Shown piece after piece: positions 50,667-64,000 of a stretch of DNA of 64,000 nucleotides. Under the pieces are notes generated by a model. That model was not told where the DNA came from. It did not search any database and saw only the letters and a program-made list of their open reading frames with translations. A program made the position numbers and the translations under genes. The DNA is from Paragordius varius. Lineage: Eukaryota; Animalia; Nematomorpha. The stretch lies in the NCBI GenBank assembly GCA_964247055.1, contig OZ176056.1, positions 5,084,001 through 5,148,000 of the forward strand, in the 5' to 3' direction. Each line of letters starts with the position of its first letter. Position 1 is the first letter of the stretch.

Positions 50667-53276
50667 CATAATTTTGATACCTCTGAAAAGTAATGAATCA
50701 ATAAATATTGATTCTCAATCTTATATCATTCGATAGTTTAAACGTTGGAAAAATTAAATTGCGGTTTATTCTGCGACAAACCATAATCCAATATCACATT
50801 TTGGATAATGATAAATAAGTTGCTCCAGTCGAAGTCGACTCTTTTTCAATATTGAGGTCATATGAAATGAAATAAAATAGAGGAAAACGCGTCAACTAAA
50901 TTTCATATGTTTTTTATACATTATAAAAATCTAAATACAAAATATTATCGATAAAAATTTTACCCTAGAGATGAAGTGAATTCGAAAGTGAAAATATTTA
51001 ATATATTTGATAAATCCAAGCTGATATATATAATTTTAAAAAAGTCTCCAATTTATTTGGTAAATTTTTTATATTATAAATGAAAAGGAAAACATATATC
51101 ACCTTTTTTGAACCGATGCAATCCATGCTATTGATTAAGGATTTTGATAAAACCCCTTTGAAAATTGAGTTAATAAATTATTTTTATTAAATTAATTGTG
51201 TAATCGAAAAATTATAATTTCCGCTTTGGCGCAAATTACCAAAAAAACTTTTCAATATAAGGTTTTACCATTCTTTGGACAATATATAGGAGAAAATATT
51301 TTTTATAATCTCTGTGAAAAATAAATATCAAATTATAGGATTATTTTTAAGATACATATATTAAATAAAATAAAATCATGTTTTCTTTTATAGTAATTAT
51401 TCTGATATGCGATAACAATGCGATTGATTATGGCTAATATCGATAATTAGAAAATCACGTTTATACTATATTAAGGGCATTTCTCATCACGATATTCATT
51501 ATCCTGATACACTTTTAACTAACTGTCAAAATATATATGAATCATAATCTTAAATAAAATTAATGCCAATATGTCATTGCTTGAAATGTCCGTCCGCACC
51601 AAATTATCCTACTGGCCACATTATGAAATCTAACTCACTGGAATAATTATAATGTTAGAAAAAGTTAGTGGTAAACGTAAAATGGGCCAAAGAATGATAG
51701 ATGAATGGACAATATTGTAACGAAACCCATCTTGACAGAACTCAACATTAAAACTAAATATCGCAATCTATGAAGTCTTATTTACAATATTGCAAAAAGT
51801 CGACCGCGATTGTAGCAACACACACATATACTATTTTTAACTATACACCGTCCAATACATCTATTATTTAAATAAGATTAATGCTATTTAGCTTTCATAT
51901 TAGCTAAGATTAACGGTTTATTAAATATTTTATTTTAATGTAGATTTCTTGCATGGTAAACAAGGATTCATTGATACCCTTCATATGAGTCCAACCAATA
52001 TGACAAACCGTCTGAATCCGGTTGAACAACGTTTTGTGGAACGTGTCGGTATGTATTATTTATATTTTACATAAAATTTGTAATAAAGATACATAAATCC
52101 AAGATTTATTCTCCTTTTTATATTTTAATATATTATATTTGGAATATCGCGTCTCTTAAGAAGTTACTCGAAATGATTTTTTTTAAATTAATAGAGAATG
52201 CGATTACACTTTTTACCTTTGTAAGTGTCTTAGTTCATACAGTATTAGTTTATAAGACTAGGTCCAACTCATGATTGGAAAGAAAATTAAATCCGTTTTA
52301 ATTAGCATGCGCTTAGAAATTTACCGTAATAACACCAAAAATATTACTAATGTATATTTTTATTATCACGAGTATTTATTGCCGCAGCCTGCGTAAATAA
52401 GTTTTTTGAACTAACTGCAGCCGGAGATAGTTAAAATTTAATAATACATACTATGATAAATGATGATTACTATCATAGATGAAAGTAAAGATGATTTGGC
52501 TTCATACAATGATTACGAAGATTTTGTCGTCGAAAAGGTCAATATTAATTTTGAGCCTGAACCCATAGATGGTAAGAATACGATTTATTTATTACATCTA
52601 AAGATCCAAATTATCTAGAATACATCCTACATTAAAAGATAAGGTCTTTATATGAATTTTAATTTGATGGATAATTATCGTAACTATTTCAGAACAAGAA
52701 GCAATATAGCATTAAATCATTTTTTACATTTACATAGTAATTAAATTAATTAAATCAATTAAATTTATGTATTTTCAAATTTTCTATGGTATATTATTCA
52801 TTTCAGATATTGAATATCTTTTAAATGGTCGTCAAAAACGTTCCATCATACCCGATTCAGTTGCCGACGTAAATGATTATGATGAAAGCTCCAATTTAAA
52901 CATTGATTACTCGCTTTACGCAGATGAAAATACCCTTTTACACCGAGAGCTATCAGGCTCTGGCTCAAGTTCAAGTTCGGGTTCGGGTGCTTTGATAAAT
53001 AACGGAGTTATTGGGTCTAGTTCTAGCTCTGGGTCTGGATATTTGGGATCTGGTCCCGCTTCCGGTGATGACGGTTCCAATGAAAAGGATGATACCTCAG
53101 CCCTAATTGATCAAACGGCGTCGGCATTCGGTGGCCGTATTAAAATAACGAAATACAAAGGACTCACCCAAAAAGAACTCGAATATGATAGTTTGATGGA
53201 ACCGACCGAGTTGAAAAAATATGTGTTTGAAATTGATGCTCGTGATATCCCATACGATGATCCCATAGTCATGAGT
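49588..53276 (+). CDS. Orphan secreted pro-protein with RQKR site and Ser/Gly-rich tract; 3' exons unresolved
   Basis: Signal-peptide exon 49588-49654 (MNFITIIALIGCMALCLGKSAP); tentative exons 49711-49736, 49849-49881, 49920-49956; well-supported phase-1 chain 49997-50116, 50516-50608, 51944-52048, 52479-52571, 52807-53276, all GT-AG and stop-free. Confidence 0.72.
51560..51830 (+). mobile_element. RTE LINE 3' fragment within an intron
   Basis: YWPH...IMLEKVSGKRKMGQRMIDEW resembles the RTE C-terminus; short (CA)n tail. Confidence 0.6.
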
Positions 53277-55079
53277 GTAAGTTAGGCGATAAAAAGCATA
53301 AAATTTTAAATAATGCACTTTGAAATATGAAAAATATAATACCAACATATATCATTATCGTAATTTTTTAAATTATGATATATCCACTTAGATATTCAAT
53401 TCCAAGCGCGCTATTATCTATTTCTTGACGGAACGTGATCCATTGAAAGAATAATACGCAACACAAAAAATTTTTATATATTTAGTATTTTAATTTATTA
53501 TAATTAAACATTTCATAGGTGTTACATTAATCACGTTAAATTTAGATTAAATTTATTTATTGGGTCGTGGGAACTCTAGATTATCGAATTAATTGTAACT
53601 TTAAATAAATATAATATCTACTAATTGCAATGAAATAATTGCATCATAACTTTCCTTCTTAAATACTGGATTGATTATGACTAATAAGTAAAAGCTAGTG
53701 AGTTATCATAACATTTTGATTTGGTCCCTGAACATAGCAACCTTTGGGATAATAATACTAATACATGTTTAATTATCTAAAAAATAATTTAACAATATCA
53801 TTTTTGCATTTAAATCATATTTTTTGATAGTTCGTGTACAACAATATATTATTCAGGTTTTGAACATTGGTATAAAATACGGTATCTTTCAAATTCTATT
53901 TGATAGTAATGGAAATAACCTAATAATCCAAATTATAAATATAAACTTTGGTTTGAGAAAATTTTTGCGAACTCTTTAGGGCCATTTTTATTAGACAACA
54001 ATTTAAATATAATATTTGAGATATTAATAAAGTTAATATTTTATCAAATACATTTAACATTATATCAAATACATTAAACATTTACATTGTATTACCTTTA
54101 CTTTTTTGACTAAGCTTAATAAATTATTAGTGATTTTAATACGAATTAAACAAAGTTCTCCACTTTTAGATGAAAAAAATTACATTGTTACTCCTAGAGC
54201 TTCGAAATAGGGCCATATGAAACAAACAGATGATTTTATAGTCAAAAAATAAAATTATAAAGCTGTTAAAAATTAATTATTAACACATTTAACCATACAT
54301 TTACCTATTGTATCAGAGATATAAAATTTAGATAAAAAAAATAAAGGCGAAAAAGTCTGTGATGAGGGCTTTTTTTAAAACATTCACCTGAAAAGAACAT
54401 ATTTTAAATTTCACCCAATACCAAAAATTCGTTTTAGTCCAAAACTAACTTTAAACGAACTGAAGTGATGTCGACAAAAAATAGTTTTATGCATATTAAT
54501 TTAGGTGACACTGCAAACTTGTAATATTGTGTAAATTTTTGCCTTTTGGTTTAGTCATATAATGGCATTTTGAAGATGTTTTATATTCTACTACAAAGGC
54601 TGAATTCAATCTAATTTTATTTAGATATTTCAAATTTAGAATATATATTTTTAATAAATATTAATTAATTATTAAATGAAATTTGATTCTGTGCAATATC
54701 ATTTTATTTTATGGAGACGGTTATAGATGAATCGATGTATTAAGTCATGATTTAACCGTTTATAATAACCAAATAAATGGTAGAACTTAATTTAAATGTA
54801 AGAAAATGAATTTTTAGTGTTCCTTATCAATATTATCGTTATTAACTTAATCAGGGCCAATCGATTAAATGATTTAATTGAATGTGGTTAAAGCCTTATT
54901 GTAATAAGAATATTAAGACCTAGGGTGTCTAACTGCGGCCCCAATATATTATGTGCGGCCAGCGAAAATACCAAAAATTACATAATAAAAAATTTTAAGA
55001 AATTATATTTGAAATCTTAACAAATGTTTTAAATAATTCTATCCGAATTTTGGCAACGACAAATAGTTGCACATCAGAA

Positions 55080-55480
55080 TTTTTGATTCTAAATTCAAAT
55101 AGGGGTACACCATATACACCTAAATGAGTATTAGTCTAAATTAAGCCAAAATTTATATATAGTGTATGCTCCTTCGTCGAATGCTTCTAGAGAAAACATA
55201 GAGGTTTTTTAATGCAAAGCTGTAAATAGTTTTGAATGAAACGAAGAAAGGAGATATGATTATCATAGGAGGTTTTTGAACAGCAAAGTTGATAGGCTAG
55301 ATCAAAATGTCAGGCTATATGAATTGGGAAAAATGTGGCTGGGGAGGCATTGTTCAATTTTTGTTAGGAAAACATGAGGATGATAAATAACACTTGGTTC
55401 CCCAGCACAATAGGGAATATATACACATGGACCTATCTGTGCGATACCAAACTTAAATCGATTTAATATGTCCACACTCT
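55080..55480 (+). mobile_element. RTE LINE AP-endonuclease fragment
   Basis: IVYAPSSNAS, MIIIGGF.SKV, GEALFNFC.ENMRMINNTWF and QT.IDLI follow the order of APE motifs. Confidence 0.7.
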
Positions 55481-58037
55481 ATAATATAAAAAAAGCAAAG
55501 GCAGTTATTGCTCTAACGATCTTAAACTTTTAAATCACCTTAAAATCATCAAAAATTAACCCGTTGCTGCTTTTATGAATATCGACAAAATTAGCCAATA
55601 TAAAAACTAGCCCATTTTGTATGGTTTGAAAGTTTGCAATTTCGGACCCTTTGTCCTCAAATAATAACATATATATTGTTTGCTATTAACATAATTTGAT
55701 ATAATTAAATGACATTATTGGAATAAATTTCGTTTTTACCGAAAAATTTTTTTAATTTTTACATATCTAACCAAATGTAAATAAATTTCCTATATGATTC
55801 GTAAGCCCCAAAACCTATTACTATGAGAATCCTGATACATTTTTTTCATTTAAATATATTAAGTTTTTTTTGTCTACGCTGCAACACAATTTTTCAAATT
55901 ATGAAACCGCTATTGAACAAAACATATTAATTTTGATTATCTTTCTCTTATTTCATAAAGGTTATTTATCTTGTTTTAATAAAATTTAAAAATTGATTTC
56001 AGCTATTAATTACAGAGTATTGATTTTCGTATTTTTTACACTTATATATTTATATATATATTTAAGTAAGATTTTTTTTTCAGTCCATTAATTAATTATC
56101 ATTTTCATGTCAAAAATATATGCTCAAATTTTAGATTCCATTTTATTTAGAAAGTAAAATTTTAAATTAAAAAAATATAATATTTTTTGGCCAATTCGTA
56201 TGAGTCTTGAAATCTATGAAAAAATGCAGTTGCGGCATACTTAAAAAACAATAAAAAGATTGATAAATAAATTCATTTTTATAAAAAGTATTATTTAACA
56301 CGAATAACTATTTGTGGCTTTTTCATTAAAAAAATTATATTTAAGCGTTTAAAGTTATTGTTGCAGTATAATAGTTGAAAATTTGGTTGCATTGATCATA
56401 ATATTATTAAGCAAATGTTTTATGATTGCATGCCTTTGCAATATCACCCCGTCACGACGGGATGCCAAGGGACCCCTTGACAACAGAGATCCATCCATAT
56501 TTTAAGCGTTAAAGAATAAGGTGTATAAATAATTTTTGTTTTTCCTATATATAATTAACGAAACACCGCATATTACATCGCCATCGATTATTTGGGAGAT
56601 ATACAATATGCTAAAGAAATATTTTTCTAATTTATTCTTATTCATAATTGAACGGGTTGTTATTTATGAAAAATATTTGTTTTAGTTCATTTAAATTTGG
56701 TAAACTTTTACATCCGAAAAACGGAACCAAAGGCTTTGGTGAACTCAGTTTTAAGCGAAAACAATTAATATTATCGATAGAACTTTTTCCTACATCGATA
56801 TATGTGCAAAAGGATTCTCATGGTATTTAATATCATTTAGCTAACATGCTCTGCGCATATACACAATGTAATGTGAAAGAAGTACTTTTCCATGTTAGCT
56901 CTATCAATAAACAAAATTTGATCGTTCCAGGCAGCCCCATTGAAAATATAGAATTTGTTATATTGGCTCTTAATTCTCAATTATAAATATTGATTTTCGT
57001 TCACAGGCTGCTTAATGGTGTTTATTTCAGCTATGAGTTATTTTGGATATCGTCTTACCAAAAAGGGCATTCGTTAAAGTAAACACTTTTCTGCGGAATT
57101 CATAAAATTCTCCAATCAATTGAAAGTAGAAAATTTATATAAGGCTTTAACTTTCAGTAATGTCATATGGAATCTATAAAATTAGTTTTACCGTATATCA
57201 TAGATAATGAAACATAACTAATAAAAAAGTTATTAAAAAAAGTAATGATGGTACCGCAAAAAAATATATAATTTACACAAATAATTTATTAACATAAGAT
57301 ATATAAAATCAAGTCCACCAAGATAATAATCCCAATCCTTGTTCTGCGATTGATGCCTGATATATAAATATTTAAATTAAATATGTCATAGTATGATAAA
57401 TTTAAATCAAAATTTTATTTTTTTTAAAAAATTTGAAAAATAGATTCGGAAATATATATTAGTAAAATTCTAATTTTAGCACCTATTATTGCCACCAAGT
57501 TTTACGTAGACATATTTCTGGTCAACAACATTACTTATGAATGTTTAAATGTTTTTCCTTCACAAATATTGTCATGCAATATGCAAAATCATAAATAAAT
57601 TATCGTTTAAAACATTTATTTTTTTAATTAAACAAAAATAATTAATTTTATACAAAATTCAGAAAAAAAATTATAAATTTGTCAAAAAATTGTCTTTTAT
57701 TAGTTTATTAAAATATGTCGATTATCCTCCTTTATAGTACGTTAAGGAGAATTAATTTAAAAATAAGTAAAAAATAATATTTTTTAGCCTTTAACAAAAA
57801 TATTTAACCATTACAATAAAGCCAATTACACTTCATATTCATCCTTAAACAACTCTCATACAGCAAATTCATCGTAAAATAAATTATTATTAAGGGTTAC
57901 CTATTTTAAAAATTAAATTTTGTTCAAAATTAAAAAAATACTGAAAAAATAAACCATGCCATAAGGATATATTATATATTAATGCTAAGTTATATTAGCC
58001 CGAAAAAAACACATAATTGATTTTTAGAATAAATTAA

Positions 58038-58578
58038 CACTTCGATTCAAATTGGGGTATCTAAATACCCCAGACTAAATTTTAGTAAGGATTTTCAAAA
58101 AACTACTAAAGGAAACGGTCCAAATTTAAATTTATGCTTCTATCCTAATAAAAATTATATAAATATGCAAAAATATCTATATAAAATTTGGTTTTAAAAA
58201 AAAGTTCCATGTCAAACTACTAAAAATTTTGAAAAATATAGTCTTCATTTAATTTTAAGGGTGATATAAAGGCTAATTTTTTATTCAAATTACATCTTAC
58301 ATTGATAGAAATAGAAAAAGCGATTTATTTTTATTATTTTTCAATTTTAACATTAAACACATGTCACGTTGACTAAATTTTTACTATTCGGTTTTAATCT
58401 AAAATATAAATAAAATTTTTTATATATTTCGGTTTATTAATGTTATATAAGTGCAAAATTTTTCCATGGTTATAAATCCTTCCATATTTTTTAAAAAATT
58501 TAATTTTAAACAGGCCTGGGGTATTTAACTACCCCAATTTGAATCGAAGGACTAAAATGAATGTGTTGTATCCAAGTG
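58038..58578. mobile_element. piggyBac-type MITE, copy 2 (541 bp)
   Basis: TTAA|CACTT...AAGTG|TTAA; inner inverted repeats TTCGATTCAAATTGGGGTA; a related fragment lies at about 3535-3605. Confidence 0.85.
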
Positions 58579-58641
58579 TTAAAATTGTTCAGGGGTAATT
58601 TGAGTTGTAAATGGTATATCATCATTTGAAATTAAATAACA

Positions 58642-61191
58642 TCACATTACAATTATAATCATGGGTGATTTGTCTAAATGGCGTTTAGCTGCCTGGGTCG
58701 GATCTGAAGTATCTATTCTATATTCATTTTCCATACATTGCGGCGTTTTGAAAGTTGTTAATGTATCCGATTTAGTGTGGTTTAGGCTAGCAGAGTTCCC
58801 ATCATCACAATTTGTTCTTTGACTATTAAGAGCCACGTCTATATAAAGTTTATCAACCACTCTAAATCTAGAAATACAATGAATGTAAAAGTTACGAAAG
58901 CATAATGCAAGTGTTAAAATCTTATTTTATAATAACAAAAGAAGCAATAATAATATATTTTTACAATTGGTATTTAAGCATAAAAAATATTTTATTATAT
59001 AAATCGTCGCAACTAACAGCGAACAACAACCTTATATCTTCTCCGGCGTCCATATATAGTTTATGTATTTGAGCTATCGCAGTTTCATCTAAGTAAAAAA
59101 TAATTGTTTTATGGTTAATAAATTATTATATAATATTTAAATCCAGAACTTTAATTTTAATATGTAATACAAAAAACCATTATTTTGTATATTTATACAA
59201 TAAATTTTCTTTTGTATTTTTGTGACGCATTCCTGAAAATTTTAGTCATTCTTAACCGTACCCAGTCAAAAAAAGTTATTCAGTCAATCATTTTTCCAAT
59301 CAATAAAAACATTTCAATCGATAAAAACTAACTTTTAATCATCAAAAGCACACTGATAAATTTTTTATAAACACAATTATTGAATGACAATTTTTTTTGT
59401 CAATACAGAATCATTAATAAAGATTATTTAAAAGTCTTCTTTTAACAGAATCAGTATTTTATGGTTTTTATCATATTTATAAAAATATTTTTATTATTTC
59501 AAATTTTTCTTTATCGTATTAATGTTGCATAATATTCGCTATCCGAATCTATAGTTTATAAAATGACAAATTAAAAAAAATATATTACCTAATCAAATGG
59601 TGATTTAACACTTCATCAAAATTGTTATTAATGAAGTTTATCAATAAATATCTAAACAAAAATTATTTTCAAAAGAATAATGTTTTTGATATATATATTA
59701 AATAAAAATGATATTTGTCAAGGGCAAATGTTTAAAATCAAATTTAAAATCTTAAATGACTAATTCGATATAAAAATAGTATTTTTTTTATTTTATTATT
59801 TGATCGAAACTAAAAATATAGGTCAGTTCCAAATAATGCGAGCCATTAACATATACTTTCTTAAAAAATATTCATCCAGTTAATAAAATATAACTTTCAA
59901 AGAAAAAGTCATTAACGATTGTGCATTGGAATATGGGAAAATTATCATTCAATAATTGTTTTATAATCCTAATATTATTTATTAATATTAAAATAAAGTT
60001 ACTTTTATATCTTTTTATAACATAAAAAATAATTCCCTTTTTGTTAAGTGGGAAATCGTTTTTATAGATTGGTAAGAAGTTTAATAGGAAAACATTTGGA
60101 ATGACTGCGAAATGGTGTGTATATATAATGCATGTATATAAAACTTCAATTAAAATCGGTACCGGATACATAGAAATTAAATAAAAAATGACATATTCAG
60201 CTACTAAGCGGTCTGACAAATTAAATAAATTAAAAATTCCACATCAAAATATTTTTGCACCATTTTTACTCCAGTTTTTGATCATCTTTCTTTGAATAGT
60301 TTAATATATATATATATATAATATATATTCTAAGGAATATTTAGGTCAAAAAAATCGTTAAAAGGTTTAAAAAGGCAATAATTTTACATGCAATTATTGA
60401 ATGCCACCTAAATTTTTGTCTACAATTCAAGCCTAAAATAGGTATAAGGCTTAATAAGATGTGAAATTTTCGATAAATATTGTCACATGCATGCGTGGTC
60501 GTTAACAACCTTTGATTATTGAAAATTTTCATCTCATTTTTATTATTTATTATTATATTCATAAAAATATATAACTAAGGATTGTAGGTAACCTGTCATA
60601 TCGTCTTCCTCTGACGTTGTCTTATATTCCCAATACCATGTTTGTTCAAAGGTATCACTAAATAAAATATAAATGAACATCAAATTATATATTTTTATTA
60701 TATATGGAATAATTCAACAAAAATGATATAAATTTATTATAATATTTCGATTACTACAAGTAATCTTTGTCAAACGTAAAAATAAAATTAAAAAAATTAT
60801 TTACATACAAGAAGATGTTCAAATCCACTTTTTTATATATTACTAATAGGGTTGTTAAATTTTACCGAAAAATAAATTTATTGTAAAAATGATATTAAAA
60901 TTAAAGCGACCAATATTAGAATTTATAAAATGCGGAGATTGATGATAGTTAATAGGTTGTTAAGAAATTATATATTATAATAGATAGTAATTTTTGATTA
61001 AATGGTCTCAAGCCTATTATTACTATTATGGGATTATTACATAATCCAGATGGTCACATAATAACCATTTCTAATCTATAAAGAGTAAAAATTTCGTAGA
61101 ACTACTATTTTAAGTTTCTTATTTTTCTTTGCAAACATGTTCTGATAGGTGAATTGGGTTTTATGTCTGATGTAGTAGCTGTGTTTATAAC
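58642..61191 (-). CDS. Multi-exon protein-coding gene of unknown function, 5' end unresolved
   Basis: Phase-compatible GT-AG chain 61191-61106, 61075-61041, 60657-60593, 60212-60163, 59232-59199, 59088-58965, 58867-58642: ..IRNGYYVTIWIIDTFEQTWYWEYKTTSEEDDMTDRLVAEYVIFYLISMYPECVTKIQKKIYYETAIAQIHKLYMDAGEDIRLLFAV..; includes a 30-nt intron. Confidence 0.55.
59256..60115. mobile_element. Older, decayed copy of the 21-bp-repeat foldback element, intronic
   Basis: CCCAGTCA left end, GACTGCGAAATGG right end; ACAATTATTGAATGACAATT and GATTGTGCATTGGAATAT arms match 38498-39856. Confidence 0.6.
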
Positions 61192-62079
61192 CTAACCAAT
61201 TAATAATTGTATCAATCATGAAAACATCTTGACAACAAATAACAGTCTCTAGTAATATAATCTCTAATATCTATAAAATTGATTTATTTTAAAAAGATCT
61301 ATCTAATGAGGTATCGAATATATTTTGCCAATTTAGTAACATTTTGAATGTAAGGAAAAATGGCTGTTGACACAAATATATCATCATTTTTATAATTCTT
61401 TTATAGTGAATTTCATTTAAAAATTTAATACATTAAATGATGATTTAGTTGCATGGATTTCCCAGTTAAGTGAGTCGAACCAATATTGTAAAAAATTGGT
61501 TTATATGTGTTTATTAATGAATGTCTTTGTGGTGGATAGTGGGAGTTTGCGTGATGAAAATTATCACATATATGATATGGTTCAGTAACCAGTATGGTTA
61601 AATTGTACGTTAGATGTCTCACCAAATACACAAAACTGATAAGTTACAGTTAATATTCATGGTGAATTAAATAATATGTGTTTTATTATTAAAATTAACA
61701 AAATCACCCAACTTGTCATTTATATGTGGCCATATCATTAATTTCATATCTAAACCAGAATGAAGTGAGCAGACCTAGCAGAGCATATCTCCAACGAGGT
61801 TTATAAAAACAGAAAGTTTTACAAAATATTTAAACTCAATCTTAGAAGCTATAAAAATAATAAAAAATAATTTACTTAACAGAGTTATATTTATTTTCAA
61901 TCATCATCTATTATTCTCATAATAATCACACTTCATACCAGTCAAAAAATGATATTATATAATATAATAATATGATAAAATCCATAATCCATTTCTTATT
62001 TTCCAATGATTATATATGTAGTCATAAGTTTGTACCGGTAAATAACATGTAATTTGGAAATGAAATCGATATAATTTAT

Positions 62080-62800
62080 CAAAATATTGTGTATCGTCTT
62101 CTACACCTTTTCCCATCTCCAGGTATTATATGGAAGCCGTGCAAAAAAAACTGATTGTCTTTTGCCGCAAACTATGAGACAAGCCATATTACAACATCTT
62201 CAAAATAATTAATATGATTCTCTGCAAGGATGTGTCCTATTAATGCAAAATTGTATTTGTCAAATGATCAGTAGATGCTAACGAAAAAATTTGCCATCGA
62301 AGCGATTCTAATGTATTTCAGCTGGTTTTGCTAATGAGACAGAGTATTATTATGAAAAAACACGCCATATCTTCTGGCTAAATTATATGGTTTAAAATAA
62401 TCATTTGTTGGTGAAAGCGTTGTACCTCCTCAACCCGATTTAAAAAGTTTTAAATAACAATATCGCTCTAGTCCACAGACACAGAACGAGACGTTTGCCA
62501 TTGGTGTTGAGAAACCGCTGGCATGAAAGCCATGATTACCGATTTAATTTGCAAAGTAAAGCGATGTCATATCATATATTAATTCGATAAGTGATCTTTG
62601 TCAACGTAAAAGCTTCACAAGTCGCTTTGAAATTTTCGATTTGGAATTCGTAATTTTGTGAAACCTCCAGTAATCTTTTCTATTACTCGTAAACATTTAT
62701 TAATTCTTTTTTTTATACATGTAGTGGTTCTGTTTATTAATCATCAATCACTTGCACATAATTGTCTTCGCAACTGTGTGATCTAACAAAGCGCTAACGC
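62080..62800 (-). mobile_element. Highly decayed non-LTR retrotransposon RT fragment
   Basis: Traces of NY..I, .GF, and G.IL..FA.D motifs in the expected order; many stops. Confidence 0.4.
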
Positions 62801-63156
62801 TTTTTCACATTGAAATAAGAACTTTTAATATCAAAAATCAATGTTTCACAGGTGTTTATCGATAGATTATGTTCGCCAAATTTTCTGCCACAACCGATAA
62901 TTTAAAGCAATGCGTAGAAGAAATGTTTTTTGACATGATTACTATATGCTAAACATAACTAGTTTTTGGTGATAGCTTGTGCGAGTTTAATGTTGTTCCA
63001 TTAATAAAATTAAATACTCAATATTTTTTTTAATATGGAGAAGATTTTTTATATTGTTAAATTTCTCGGTGGTGTCACATACATGCACATATTATATGTA
63101 TATATATATATATATGTCCCTTTTTGGTATACATATATGGGAGTATGATAGGTATA

Positions 63157-63335
63157 CAGTGTATGCAGTAAAAGATTGTTAGTGCAAAATAATTTTAATG
63201 AACACAAAACAGGGGGATATTATGGATATGTTTATAAAGAGGGCTGAATGATAATTAATATATAAAAATTGACCCCCTGTTTTGTGTTCATTAAGATTAT
63301 TTTGCACTAACAATCTATTACTGCATACGCTACTG
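63157..63335. mobile_element. Tc1/mariner-type MITE, 179 bp
   Basis: TA|CAGT...ACTG|TA; about 60-bp TIRs (GATTGTTAGTGCAAAATAAT.TTAATGAACACAAAACAGGGGG). Confidence 0.85.
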
Positions 63336-63559
63336 TACAATAAAAACTCATTAATTATTGCCAAATAGCAATGCAACAAAGAAATCATTATTGGCTAATT
63401 GGTAAACATGAAAAAAATAATAAGCCAATAATACTGACCTTTGTGTACATGCTATTTGGCAATAATAACTTTCTATTAATATAAAATTACTCATACTGTA
63501 AGAACATAAAAATATGTCCCTTCTCGCTAAATATTTTATTGAAGAATTGGTAACATTGC

Positions 63560-63950
63560 ATATGTGTGCATATTTTGATAATTAATTTTTAAGTTTGATA
63601 TATATTTCATAAAAATAATATACAAGGCAAAATTTAAAATTATTTAATCTATATGTGGGCATTACAAGGCACAATATGTATAGTTTTTTAAAAAAGGAAG
63701 CTATGATGATCTGATTTAGGCAATTTTCTTAAAGATGCCAGCAAAGTGTAACCGGATGTTTATATTGTGATAGATAACGCCCCAATACACCATGCAAAAT
63801 CTGCAAAATCTATTGAAGACAATTTACTATTTATTCATTATAATATCCAATTAAATCTAAGTGAAAACTTCTTTGCCACAATTAAAAAAGACAGAGATAA
63901 TGTAAAACAATTAAATTATAGAACAATTGTTATTAGATGGCAATGGTGAC
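63560..63950 (+). mobile_element. IS630/Tc1-type DDE transposase fragment
   Basis: IVIDNAPIHH..LLFI.YN.QLNLSENFFATIKK matches the DNAxxH / PxYSPxLNPIE motifs, degenerate. Confidence 0.7.
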
Positions 63951-64000
63951 ATATAATGATTTCAACAAAAAGTAAGCAAAATAGAAACAATATCTAGATT

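Noticed and set aside
56400-57360. Exon-like patches (e.g. minus-strand FYIFNGAAWNDQILFIDRANMEKYFFH)
   Set aside because: Could not be joined into a phase-consistent model with either neighbouring gene.
58965-60212. FYLISMYPECVTKIQKKI resembles a cytochrome P450 I/J helix
   Set aside because: No AGxxT, ExxR or heme FxxGxxxCxG motif in the model.

Overview
Very AT-rich (roughly 25% GC by eye, not computed), gene-sparse, transposon-laden eukaryotic DNA. It uses the standard code and has GT-AG introns, several only 22-40 nt long. Animal-type TEs (hAT, PIF/Harbinger, Tc1, piggyBac-like MITE, Gypsy, RTE) plus micro-introns suggest a reduced parasitic metazoan; a myxozoan cnidarian is my best guess, but this is inference only. 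Host genes reconstructed by hand: (1) a DDX55/SPB4-like DEAD-box helicase with 22/22/26-nt introns; (2) a three-copy family of ~65-aa secreted peptides with an antistasin-like 6-Cys motif, missed by the ORF track (two intact copies at 7572-8078 + and 19508-19847 -, one pseudogene at ~26001 with a piggyBac-type MITE just upstream of its lost start codon); (3) a 9+ exon orphan secreted pro-protein with an RQKR furin-type site and Ser-Gly tracts (49588-53276+); (4) a 7+ exon orphan gene on the minus strand (58642-61191). From 36347 to 48937 there is a nested TE stack: a Tc1-like element contains a two-gene Harbinger, which contains a 21-bp-repeat foldback element, a hAT element with an internal inverted transposase duplication, and a circularly permuted Gypsy element. 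The Gypsy has one central LTR, a break in the integrase zinc finger that re-joins in frame, and an 8-bp flanking duplication, and is best explained as an integrated 1-LTR circle. No rRNA, tRNA or CRISPR is supported.
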